DNA from: Leucoraja ocellata
Lineage: Eukaryota
Direction: 5' to 3'
Length of the DNA stretch: 64,000 nt
NCBI GenBank assembly: GCA_036785375.1
Contig: JAWMAR010000635.1
Location: forward strand, 682,001 to 746,000
The notes beneath the pieces are model-generated. The model saw only the letters and a program-made list of their open reading frames with translations. It had not been told where the DNA came from and did not search any database. Of the stretch, positions 25,452-37,193 are shown in pieces. The translations under genes and the position numbers were made by a program. Numbering within the stretch: the first letter of the stretch is position 1; each line of letters starts with the position of its first letter.

Positions 25452-27172
25452 CAACTGTTTAGTGTTCCTGTATTAATATTCTAATATTGTCAATTCATTC
25501 AACCCTAATCTCTCTTTCCCAGTAGTCTTCCTTCAGTAATCTGGATTGGGTACGTCAGAATTCACCAGTTGGTTTTTAAATGTTTGTATTTGAACTGAAA
25601 CTGATAAATGGATTCTAAAGGAGTGCATTCCTGAATAGGAATTTAAATTGGGATATAGTTCAAAAGATGATATCCTTGCAAGTCAGCAGTTTTCCATATG
25701 GCAATGTCTACCTTGCAATATTTTGTTTGCATCTTTAAAGCATTTTGAAGATTCTGTCTGTTTCTCCTCCTTCCATTATTTCCTTCAGCGCAGGCAGGCA
25801 TTGATTCTTTTAGTTCTCGGCACTTCATGTGCCGCTGCAGAACAGCTTGCTATACTTCCTTTCATTTGCCATCGTCATTTCACTTATGCATTATGACAGA
25901 TGGCAGTGGAGAGTGTAATGCTCTTTTAGTCTTCCCTATCAGTCTAATGGAGGTCACAGAAGGTTTTTCAACTCTTCCCTCTTGGTACAAGAAGCATGTC
26001 AATCATGAGTTATCATCTTAGCCATCATTAAGCTTTCGAAATACAAAGCATCAGCTTGATCGAGTTGCTTAAGAGTTTGTTCATTTAGATAGGATCTCCA
26101 TTTACAATGATTTCACCTCAAATAAATTAGTAGATCTTTTCAAAATGACTTGTGTAGCCATGGAAGTTAACAGCATTTTTGCTCTTAAATGTAATCTTCA
26201 ATATAATACCCTTTGGAATAACTTCTGGAAAGCACCCCTTAATTGACCTTCCGGGGCCCACATTGATTTTCTCCACATGCATCTTCATTTCTGATAAATT
26301 ATAAAGCCATTAATTTGTGGAGGAAATGGTGGGCGAACTGCAGCGCAGATGTGCCAAACCCCTACTAATGCACAAAGCACAAAAGAGTGCCAAGGAAGCT
26401 ATTTGAAAAACAGAATTGCTAGATTGTTACGGTTAGCCTCGCATTAAACTTTCTCCTGGGAACTATTTTAGGAAGCTTCTGTCTACAGACCTGAAGGGTA
26501 GTAATATTTGCAGATAAATAGGGTTCTTTATCAATGTAAGAAAAAAAATATTGATCAGCTGGCCCTTGGGGGCTCTTTGTCTGTCAGAAAACTAACCTTT
26601 CATACATCTTGGTTCAGTACCCCTGCGTAGGTCAGATATCTCTAGATCTATTCGCTAACCTCTCTGTGCAAGGTTTCCAGGCATACTGTGTTCTCTGCTA
26701 TGAGCAAAGATGTTTAATTTTTAACTTTATAATAATGCCCTTATTTGTTTTGTGAGTTTCTTTTGCATCTCCAGCTAACTTGTTAAATTGTAATGTCAGT
26801 TGTGACTTATTCTGACACAATATAATAGCCTTTTTCATTTCTTCTCGAATACTGCAGCTTTTATCAGTGAAGTAACAACACTGTAAGACTTGTGGTGATT
26901 GTAAGTGTTGTATCCATTATTATTAATCTATAGACAGTGCAATATTTCTGTTCTCTCCTGATTAATGTCTGGGGGTAATATTAGTGCAAATCGAAATAAT
27001 TAAAATTTTGTGTGCCTTTTTTACTTTGAACGTGGGAATATTGGTTAGCTTTTTTAATTTATTTAGACTTTTCAGAGGGTCACCAAGACATTGCTCAGCA
27101 GAAGTGTTCTCTTCAAACAGTGTTGTTTCCCATAAATGCTCCGTAGATTTTCCTTGACGCTCAGCATCATAC

Positions 27173-27280
27173 ATACAGGAGGGACTGTCACCCAACCACC
27201 TCAAAAAGGCGAAGCTGATGTTCTTCTACACGCGGTACCCCAGTTCAAACATGCTGAAGATGTTCTTCTCTGACGTGAAG
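27173..27280 (+). CDS. prox1: prox1 exon 3 (108 nt), start of the atypical homeodomain
   Basis: [36 protein letters not shown], preceded by the U12 branch point and AC, and followed by AAG|GTAAGT. Not present in the ORF track. Confidence 0.97.
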
Positions 27281-28227
27281 GTAAGTCTGAGGAGATTATT
27301 GCATTTTCTGTGGTCACGGCCTATTGCAACAAGAAAAATCAAAACAATGATGGTTCTTGTCTTCTATGTACTTTTTAAATAGTTCTTGATGTAGTTATAG
27401 ATTGAGCACAGGGATGGTGAGTAAACTGACAGATTCAGGCCACATTATTCAAATGAAAATATGAAGGCTGTCCACCAGCAGCAGCACCCTCCCTCTGCTC
27501 CGCGTATATTTACCCCTAATCTCCAGTTTTGTTTTTCTGATTTGAACTAGTTGTTCTTCGACCAACTCCCAGTGTCACCTGCAAAATGGCTATTGCATTT
27601 GTCATAAACGCTTGGAATATTAAGTTTTAGTTTGTTCTAAATTATCTTAATAAAAACAGTCTGAGACCATTGTGGAATTACAACCAGATCATTTTTCATC
27701 AAACTTGGAATGTTGGTTAGTTTTTTTCATTTAGTCATTTCGGAGAATCAGTAAAACATTACTCAGCGGAAATGTCTTCTTCACACAGCGTCTGAGTGGA
27801 TAGATCCTCATTTCCCTCCCTCGGGTTGGAAATAATTTTCACTACTTGTTAATGATTGTTACACATTCAACGAGACACACATTCCTGCAGAGTATCCTTT
27901 CATCAAAAGAATGAACAAAATCACAGTTGTGATAAACTGTAGTTTGGATATCGGTCAATATAAAGTAAAATTCCACGTTTTATAATTTTAAGAATATTAT
28001 GCAGAAACTAGGCAAACTTTAAAGAATTATTGCATACATTTATATTTTCCTATTGGGTTTTTAAGCCTTTTGCAGCAGACATTTTCCCATGGTTTGCTGT
28101 AAGTGGCATATTAATAACCATGTTCAGTATCATTGATGCAGTTTATTTTAATGTTAAAAAAAATCGAATCGTGAGAGTGGTTTCCATTTTTACTGATGTT
28201 CCAATTTATTAGAAGTGCATGTTGAAT

Positions 28228-29016
28228 AAACGATTTCGGTATTCTGAAAAACGCAAGGAATCATGGGATTTGTCAAAGGTCACTCGCTATAAAGAAAAAG
28301 CGAACAAAGCGCTGCCTATATAAACTGTGTATAAATTCTTATCTTTATTCATGATTTATGTGTAAAAATACATTTAATCTTAGGAACAGGTGTGCCAGGT
28401 AGTGGGAGAGCGGGTTGTAACAGCGAGAGAGAGAGGGGGCAGATGCGATTGGGACACGGGGAGAGACTGGACCGGCGGAGAGACATTCTCGGCAGTTGCG
28501 AGCACACAGATCCGCACCTCATCCGCAGCCATCGAACCCAGGTCCCCGTCACCGCAAAAGTTGCTTACCGCCACTGAACCATTCCCATCCCCCCCCCCAG
28601 AGCAAAGCCGAGCCGGAGCCATTGCTCCCGCGATGGCTACAAGTCCAGGGCCGCCACCGCTTCGGGCTGGCTCCGGACTGCTGGCCAACCCAGTGGGACA
28701 GTCCAGGGCTATCTGCCATCCCAGCGGGACAGGCAGAGCCGAGCTGGAGACAGCCCCCCCCCCCCCCCCCCCCCCCCCCCCCGTGCCGGCTGCAAGTCCG
28801 GGGCTGCCAGGGCCACCCCTGGACAGGGACTGGACACCCGGGAGGGGATGGGGACGGTCCAGTAGCAACTCAACAGTGCCCACAGCACCAGAGACCCGAC
28901 CCCGATCACGGACGAAACGCAAGTCTGCACACAACGCAGCACCACAGTTGCCGAGAATGTTTATAGCGAGTGACTTATGACCTGGGCATGCTCAGTCGGA
29001 ATACCGAACTCGTCTT
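28228..29016. mobile_element. Non-autonomous DNA transposon with a GC-rich interior
   Basis: Terminal inverted repeats acgatttcggtattc / gaataccgaactcgt, sub-terminal inverted pair gtcactcgctataaa / tttatagcgagtgac, and AT on both flanks (28226-27, 29017-18). No transposase ORF. Confidence 0.75.
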
Positions 29017-30389
29017 ATGTACAGATTTTGGACTGTACACAACTAAGTTACTTTAACCAATCTGAAAACTGCAAAAGCAGTCCTTCATCAAGATACAAAG
29101 TGTGAAGATTATTAATGCTTAGTTAAGAATAATCACAATTTGTGGATCATTCATTGTATCCCCTTACCTTAATTATGAGAAGTCTCATTTAGGGTTGGAA
29201 ATTGCAACTGTTTTTGTATGTGATCCAAATTTTAGAAGCCAACAACACAATATCAAATAAGTGATGTTTTATTTAAATCAAAGGTTAAACTTCCAGGTTA
29301 TTATTCGCCATGAAGACTAATGTGGTTGAGGTTTTTGACAGGGCAGTTAATGGGCATTCATAATATCATGTACCTTTTTTTATCAATCTTTCTCCAAAAC
29401 AAAATATATGTTAAGACCAATTTCATGTTTAAACATTGTATATTTCTAAATGTGTCTTCAGAATATTTCTACTTAGACCATTTATACTTTGAGAGGTGTT
29501 AGGGCTAAATCCTGTCCCATTGTAGATAACTACTGCAAATGCACCCAGGAAGCCAGATTATCGACAGACACCTGGAATAAAGAGAGAATTTACAATTATG
29601 GAGTGAAATAATGAAATGACAAACAATTGACAAGTGCCTTTCACATCCTCTGAATATCCCTTTTTTTTTAGTCAATCAGATAATTGCACCAGTGACAAGT
29701 GTAACAGCATTATTACTTACTGAACAAGTATCAGCCAAGAATATGTGTGTAAATTCTGGAAAAAGGGCTTGAATCCACAACTGTCTAAAGTAACAGTGCT
29801 ATTTATGCTTCAATTTAACATTATATCCACATTCAATTTTTCCTACAGTCTTTCTCGGTTATGGCTGTTTTTTCCCCTTGTTCACCCACACCCCTCCAAG
29901 AAAGTAGCATGTTCCATTAACATTTCCACAGACTAACAGGTTATAAATGTTTATACTGCTAATAGTTATCATCAGTTGTAGATATTTTCCTAAATTTTTT
30001 CATGCAGATGGCTGGATTATAAGCCTATTTGAAGACAATTAGTAATTAAGCTAATAGAGTAACTGTTCTGAATTTATTTTGGGGAATGACTAATTTTTTG
30101 CTTTCTTACGTTGAGTATTAGAATAGTGGACCTGACAAGGAAAGTCCGTGTATGGTCCTTCCTCAACTGCGAGCTTTGCTTTTCATCTTTTTAATGGCGG
30201 GGTATCAACAATAAGACCAGGTGTTCATATGTAAATGTGAAAACTTTGCATATTTGAAATTACCATCACTGGAAGTGATAAACAGCATTGTTGGCCCAGT
30301 AGACCTTTTATTCTAAGAGTGAAAATCACAAGATACCAGTGGATGTGGTTCTGTGCTAGTAACAGTATTTATCAACTGAAAGGCCAGAG

Positions 30390-30544
30390 TAGGGGTTCCC
30401 AACCTTTTTCGTCCCGTTTACCCCTGGCAACTTTAATAGAACATAACAATGTCACTTCATTAGTTAATGTTGACAGTGAGAGCAAATAGTTAACATTAAC
30501 AATGAGAATGAATATGTACAAATCCAGAACCAACAAATTTATCT

Positions 30545-30575
<31 letters not shown>

Positions 30576-30625
30576 GGTGACATTTACCCCCTGGGGGTAA
30601 ATTTACCCCAGGTTGGGAACACTTT
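30390..30625. mobile_element. hAT/Charlie-type MITE, degenerate
   Basis: taggggttcccaacc ... ggttgggaacacttt TIRs, imperfect 8-bp TSD ggccagag/ggctaggg, internal poly-C and a ttacccc/ggggtaa palindrome. Confidence 0.8.
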
Positions 30626-32164
30626 GGCTAGGGGTAGTTCAGAAGAGCACTGCTCTGGTGAACACCAGTCAATTCCAAACATTGCCCTCCCAATTTTGCT
30701 GCACATGTCTTGCTTCTCCCTCTTAGAGGGCAAAAGGAACATCTGTTTGTTTTCTATCCTTCCGACAGCTACACTTGAGACGTATGGAAGTGTGACATTC
30801 AAAGTTCATTTATATTCTGATGCACCATCAGTGTTGACAGGCACACAGGACGACCCGCAATGGCAGATTGTTAATATAAAACTACCTTGTGATTGCATGG
30901 TTTAAGATCCATTAAATGTGCCTGGGGTCATTTTTTAAAAACTGAAAACCAGTTTGTAGATTGAAGTATACGAGGAAGATCTATTTATGGAAGCTTTTAA
31001 TGGTATTTTTTTCCTTCAAAAATTGAAGAAACGTGTGCCCTAAGATTCAAAGGAATACTTACAGTTTTTATCATTTTAATATGCCTCGATCACTAAAGAT
31101 TAGCTAATTGTAAAAGTAAACTTTTGACACAATAATTAAAAAGGGTGGACAAAGAGATTTCATAAAGGGAAATAGCTCTGAAATTTTTTTTTTCAGAAGC
31201 TTGTGGAAAAATATATATTTTATTTGATTTAAAATTTCCTGTTAAATGTAACCTCTGAACCTCTTTCCACAAGAGGGACATACACTGTCTAAAGTTTCAT
31301 CAATGGATTTAACTTTGCTCAGCTGTTTCTACGCATTAATTGGACAGTTTACGATTTTGATAGAAGACAAAATCCTACCTTTGGATTGATGTCATTGTAA
31401 GCTTCCATGTAGTTGAATGATGGCCAGCCATATATTTGGAGGTCCTCACAAAATGAAGTGTGTGAATCTTAACAATGAACTCTAAGTCATAACTCTAAGA
31501 GTTATGGGTGGCTATCAGACTTGCTGCTACTTAGCAATTTCCAATATGCATTTGAGTTATTTCTAGTCCAATTATGTACCACTCTTAGCTCCCCCCAGAA
31601 TTAAAATGATTTTATTTTTGCTGGTAATACCATGCATTGTAATGCAGAAGTGGGGTGAGGTGATGTGAATTTCCAACCACGGCCAATACTATTTATTATT
31701 CTCCAGTGACTGTACTTGATACAATCACTATTATTGCACAAAAATGAATTAAGTGGAATTTTTTTTAATAATTAGAAAACATAATACCCAATAGTTTTTT
31801 CAGTTTGGTGTACTTTTTCCTTAATGACATCTTTTTATTACTTAAATATTGATATAATGCCAGGCTTCCCTAGGATAGTGTAATGGAAAGTTTGCTTCTG
31901 GAGTAATTAATTTGTTGAATTCCTAGAAACCTATTACTTGCAGCACCGAATATTACTTGGTCTGGTTTTATCACCAATTTTAAAAAAGAATCCTGAGCTT
32001 CAAATGGTCTCTCGTGTTAATGCCTAGAAACGTTTCACAGGTTTGAAGGGAAAGTTGAGGTTGGGACAGTGAATTTTCCCAGTTTATGAAATTAAATCCC
32101 TTGGATTCTGAACAGTTTCTAGCCAATATAGCCATTTATCTAAAAAGATATCATTAGCAGGAGC

Positions 32165-32395
32165 ATGTCAAAACTGCTGGAAGAGCTCAGCGTGTCACGC
32201 AGCATCAGAGGAGGCATGGGCTAGGTAAATGTTGTGGGCTGAGACCATGGTGGGTGGATGGGTCCAGGTGAAAGAGTTTCAATCCACAACATTGATCAAC
32301 CTTTTGCCTTCACAGGTGCCGCCTGATCCACTGAGTTTTCCCAGTGGTTATTGTTTTGCTCCAGATTACAGCACCTGCAGTCTCTTGTGTTTCTA
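32165..32395. mobile_element. Degenerate PLE-derived repeat, inverted arrangement
   Basis: ctgctggaagagctcagcg..gcagcatc and gcctgatccactgagttttccag..ccagattacagcacctgcagt. Confidence 0.6.
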
Positions 32396-35288
32396 TGTAA
32401 TAGTAGCAAGATTGGGCTCACAACCCTTTGAACCGAGTTTATGGTTCAATACTGCAATCCCTGATTCTGTGCATCATTCACTATCCCCACCTGAGCTCCC
32501 TATCCCTCTGTTCCTTTAGTGTAGTCAGTCATTGAGTATATTCTGTCTTGAATACACTTGATGTTTAAGTATCCACAATATTGGAAATTCCAACCATTTT
32601 CAGCCCTCGGGTTAAAAAATAAATAAATAAATAAATAAATAGACTCTCAGTATTAAACAGTCAATCACTTATTCTGAGACTACACTTCCTGGTGTTGGAT
32701 TCTCTTCTTTAAGGGCTGACTTCTTTGTAACTAGCCTGTCCTTTTTTACATTTTTATATAATTTTGCAGAAATACCTAATTTTAATTGATTGAAAGATGC
32801 AGCATGGAAACACCATACGTCAGCCCACAGAGTCCACGCTGAACATCGATCATTCGTTCATACTGATTCTATATATTTTTTAAACTCCAGTTATGCACAT
32901 TTTTTCTCAGTCAACATGGGACAATGTTCCCATTCCATATCAGTTTTTCGCAAGCAGAAATGGCAACTGGAATGACTAATGCTGCACCTAGTTGCTATAT
33001 ATTTTGGATGTTTTGCAAAACTGCTGTTAAATTTTAATTGCTCAGGTGAAGTTATTTGCAAGGGAACCAGCACAGCATTTAAGATTAAGACAATTAAATA
33101 AAGAGCCATTTTTGTATTAATAAGGTAATGTGATTAATATTATTGCTTAAAATAACCGAAATATTTAGAATCACTCATGATCACCGAGAGCAGAGTTCAT
33201 CAATATATTAAAAATCTAATTTTCTCTTCTACCCTCTTTCTGTCTGACAACCCTAACCCCACCAACCCCCAAACATTCACTAGTCGATCACTGCCTAACT
33301 AGATTAAGGTGTCAAATTGATTTGTTTTATGGGTCTTTTGACTGTGCTCATTGAATATTTAGGAAGTTTCTTCAGCAAACACTGGGATTGGACATGTCCC
33401 ACGGGAAGCATTAATCCGTCTCGGGAACAACTAGCTTGCAAAAAGAAGAGGCCTTCTCTTGTTCCTGTCACTTGTTTGTGATGCACCACTGAAAACCTTA
33501 AAGATCAAGATTACTATGTTTGTTTAAAAAAAACTAATTCGGGAACTGTTAATGTTTGATAAGCAAAAAGTGACACAAGTCTTAAATGCTGAGCCCTCAT
33601 GTTTGAGTGGCTCTGTTGTTTTGGCCAGTGCATCTCTGGTATTTCAAATCTGTAACAATAGGTTTTAAATCTCCCTTTATACCCTTCTACCAAACACTGT
33701 CATGTGGACTTTTTTTTTTGTGTAGCCCCATTAGGTCATCTACAGGCCATTCTAGAAAAAATACCCTTTCTTTTTTCTCTATTCTTGCATGTAGGAGACA
33801 ATGTCTTGTGACAATACTGAAGCTTAATCTCCATGTCAAAGCAATTTTCATTCCCGGGTGCGCAGGCTGCTATCGTTTTGTTATGTTTTGTTTCTTATAC
33901 TAAAAGAATTAAAAAGGAACAGTAGTCGTCATGAGGCCTGCAGTTCTTATCTCAGTGTCTGGAAATTTGGACAGTGTATTTTGCTGCAGAGATAACATGG
34001 AAAGAACTCAGAGTTCAGCAAATAGTAATGGGTTTAAGTTCTATTGAAATCAACAGCAAATCAGATAATGGGGTCCTTCAGTTGTTTTTTTAATCAGGTC
34101 CCCGCAAGGCTGAATGGAGACAGAACAGACACACAGAGTGAAAATATAATTCTTGGATAGGTTAAGTACATGTTTGAACTCTTGCAGTCAGAGTGATTTG
34201 ATGATGACTTAATCATTTTCTGGTCAATTATCTGTGAGGACCCTTGCAACTGGAAGGCAATTATGATGCAAGCTGGCCTTTAGGAGCTGCACCAGCTTCC
34301 ACTTCTGTTTCCATGTTACTTAGCCTTCACTGCCATGAATTTTCATTCACTTCATTATCTTAAATTCACTGGAATAGAAACAACTTTCTGCTTTGTAATT
34401 ACACACCCATTAACTGTCAGCTTGATAGAAGCAGGCAGCCCTCTTCGTGGCCAGAGCAACTGCTTGATAAGTGCTCACTGTGATTTTTGATTAATGCACA
34501 CTTTGTGCCGTAAATGGGAAGAAAAATGATAGATGCCTATGTTGAGAAAAGCCTGTCTGATGTACAGGCAGTATAAATTTACTGGTTTTAACTTGACTAA
34601 TAGAGATTTAGCTGACCTTGAACATACATGAAATCCTATTGGAGAGGAGGCCAACATTTGTTACAGACCAGTGGGTCCCCATAAATGATCAGGGTCATCA
34701 AGCAACTAGGTCTGAAGTCAGCTACCATGAGCAATCCAACTTCCAAATAGTTTGACAATAGCTATGTCTGGAAGATTGTCCATGACCTTGACACTTTTAT
34801 GGAGCGAGAGTGGTTTGAATAACTACTTTGAAAACCATCCACTTTGGTCACATCAGTTGCCAGCTGTGGCTAATATACAAGGTAGCTCTAAAGCCTTGAC
34901 CTTTAACATTTTTTAATAGTTCTTGAAATAGAAATGGTGATGTTATTGAGGGACAGAGAAGAGGCAGAGGTTCTTAGTCAGTTTACATACAATAACTATT
35001 TTACTAAACATTAATTTTCAGTTCAAAATTAATGGCTTGGATATGCAAGCTTTAGTTTCCTTCATGAAATGGGTAAACTGGAAACCCTTGCTATATGATT
35101 GTGTTCTTCAAAGTTGGTACAGCCAGAATATTTGCAATAGCGAAATTGGAGCCTTCTCCTCAGCGGGTGCCTTTTGGTTGTTTGTCAGTAGTTTTGGGAG
35201 GCAGGAGTACTTTTAGACACTTTTTATGTCCCCTTGCCTTCCCTTTTGAAATTTGTCTGGTGCTGACCAGGCTCCTTTTGCATCCTAA

Positions 35289-35671
35289 AGGGCCTGTCCC
35301 ACTTACGCGACCATTACAGGCGACTGCCAGCACTCTTGATAGGTTGCCAAAATTTTCAACATGTTGAAAATTCAGCGGCGACCAGAAAGACGTACGACTC
35401 TTTGGAGACCTCTCGCGACCATAGGAGACCTCTTACGACCATACAGGCGACCCCTGGCAACATGTCACGGTGACCTCTCACGGCCATAGGGGACCTCTCA
35501 CGACCATACAGCCTGTATTGTTGTTAGAGGTCTCCTATAGTTAAGAGAGGTCTCCAAAGAGTCGTAGCATCTTTCTGGTCGCCGCTGAATTTTCAACATG
35601 TTGAAAATTTCGGCAACCTATCATGGGTGCCAGCAGTCGCCTGTAAAGGTCGCGTAAGTGGGACAGGCCCT
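35289..35671. mobile_element. PIF/Harbinger-type MITE, almost wholly palindromic
   Basis: TIR AGGGCCTGTCCCACTTACGCGACC / GGTCGCGTAAGTGGGACAGGCCCT, TAA/TGA 3-bp flanks, inverted arms longer than 150 bp, internal ~20-bp ggagacctctc.cgaccata repeats. Confidence 0.9.
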
Positions 35672-36998
35672 TGATTCTCCTGGGAGCCAACCTAATACAC
35701 TCCATGTCATTGAGGTTGAAGTAGAGACCTCAGCATTTGAAATCATTGGTCCCTATGGGACAGAGGACCCAACAATTTGCTCTAAACGTCTTTTCCACAC
35801 AAGCTGAGCTCAGAATGCGAATGAAAATTTGGAGCTCAGAAGGGAGAAATTTGTCCTCTCACAAGCACTAAGTATCTATATTTTTAGCAGCTGTATACTG
35901 TTTGTAACCAAAAGTGGAATGTAACATGCACCAATTACTTTAATGCACATTTGGTGCTGCAGACTCTGATATTTGTTTTGTTTTACCAGACTTCGTGCCT
36001 GACCTAGTTCAGTTCAACAGAAAGAATCCCTCAAAGTACATACATCTTCATTGCATTCTTTTTCACTACAATACCTCTAAACTAGAGCAATAGTTACTGG
36101 GAACATTAAGGCTGATGGCTGTATTAAAATGGGTTAATTTACCCAATAACATTTAATCACTTTGAAACGTGATTGCCCGGATGATTTTATTTGTATGGAA
36201 TTATTACACGATTGTGATTGGTGATAGTAAGCCACAATATCTATGTATGCATTTTCCACTTCTTTTTTTGGTGTCATCCTTTGTTGAAACAAAGAACCAA
36301 ATGTTGAAAAGGCTGTGGTCCTTCTAGACCTTCTCTTATTTAAGTCTGACAGAGAAGTATCTTGGGTCCTATATATATTTCCATTAGGAAAGGACGTTTG
36401 TTTCTCCGCACTTTCTTGTGGTGCTCTACTTATCCACAAATGGATGTTTAGGTAAAATAAAAGAAAGGGAAATTAATATACAAAAGTGTAATTTTATAGT
36501 CCCATCTAAACTATTTCATCACGGAAATGAAAAAGATGCCAAGATGTTAAACATTAATTCCAACCTATCCAATGCTGAAAATTTACCATATCCATTTGAA
36601 GTCCATCATTTAAGATTTAGTTCTCGTGCAGGTTTTGTGTTGTTGCAATTGGGTGGAATAATGGTTGCATCTTATACATGCTAATATAGAAGGAAAAAAA
36701 AGTGTTTAAATAACTTTTCCCAAGATGTATTGAGTTTATGGAAAAAATGTGATTCAACTGAACTGGAGGAATATATTAACTGAAGAGATTGTGCGAAGTA
36801 TTTTTTAAATGTTCTTTGCACAATATGTTTCTATTGCACAATACGTCTGCGGTGGATGTAGTATATACGTATGATCACATAAAATAGGTTTGGATTTATT
36901 ATGGAACATAATATTTTATTTAAAATGTTATTAACTTAAAGCATAGTGGCTGATTGAAACTGAATCTGCTCATCCTGTTGTATTTTTTCGATTGGCAG

Positions 36999-37193
36999 TT
37001 TAATAGGTGCATCACCTCACAGCTTATCAAGTGGTTCAGCAATTTCCGAGAATTTTACTACATCCAGATGGAGAAGTTTGCTCGTCAGTCTATTAACGAT
37101 GGGACAACAAGCACGGAGGAGCTGACTGTCTCCCGTGACTCTGAACTCTTCAGAGCCTTAAACATGCACTACAACAAAGCAAATGATTTTGAG
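36999..37193 (+). CDS. prox1: prox1 exon 4 (195 nt): homeodomain recognition helix and start of the Prospero domain
   Basis: FNRCITSQLIKWFSNFREFYYIQMEKFARQSINDGTTSTEELTVSRDSELFRALNMHYNKANDFE; acceptor ttttttcgattggcAG, donor GAG|GTACGG; phase 0 at both ends. Confidence 0.98.

Larger units (their letters stand above)
18281..27172 (+). other. prox1: U12-type (minor spliceosome) AT-AC intron, prox1 intron 2
   Basis: 5' site ATATCCTTT (18281-18289), branch site TTTCCTTGAC (27149-27158), terminal AC (27171-27172). Joining restores PYSGNT|[14 protein letters not shown]. Confidence 0.95.

Noticed and set aside
26962-27204. 80-aa minus-strand ORF across the exon 3 acceptor and the repeat copy
   Set aside because: The paralogous copy at 27707-27791 has stops and a frameshifting gap in that frame, and no domain is recognisable.
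28380-28980. 156-196 aa Pro/Gly-rich ORFs on both strands
   Set aside because: They arise from the GC-rich, poly-C interior of a TIR element. Several frames are open at once and none resembles a known protein.
35400-35560. Spaced ~20-bp repeats suggestive of a CRISPR-like array
   Set aside because: No unique spacers, vertebrate DNA, and the repeats are internal to a Harbinger MITE.
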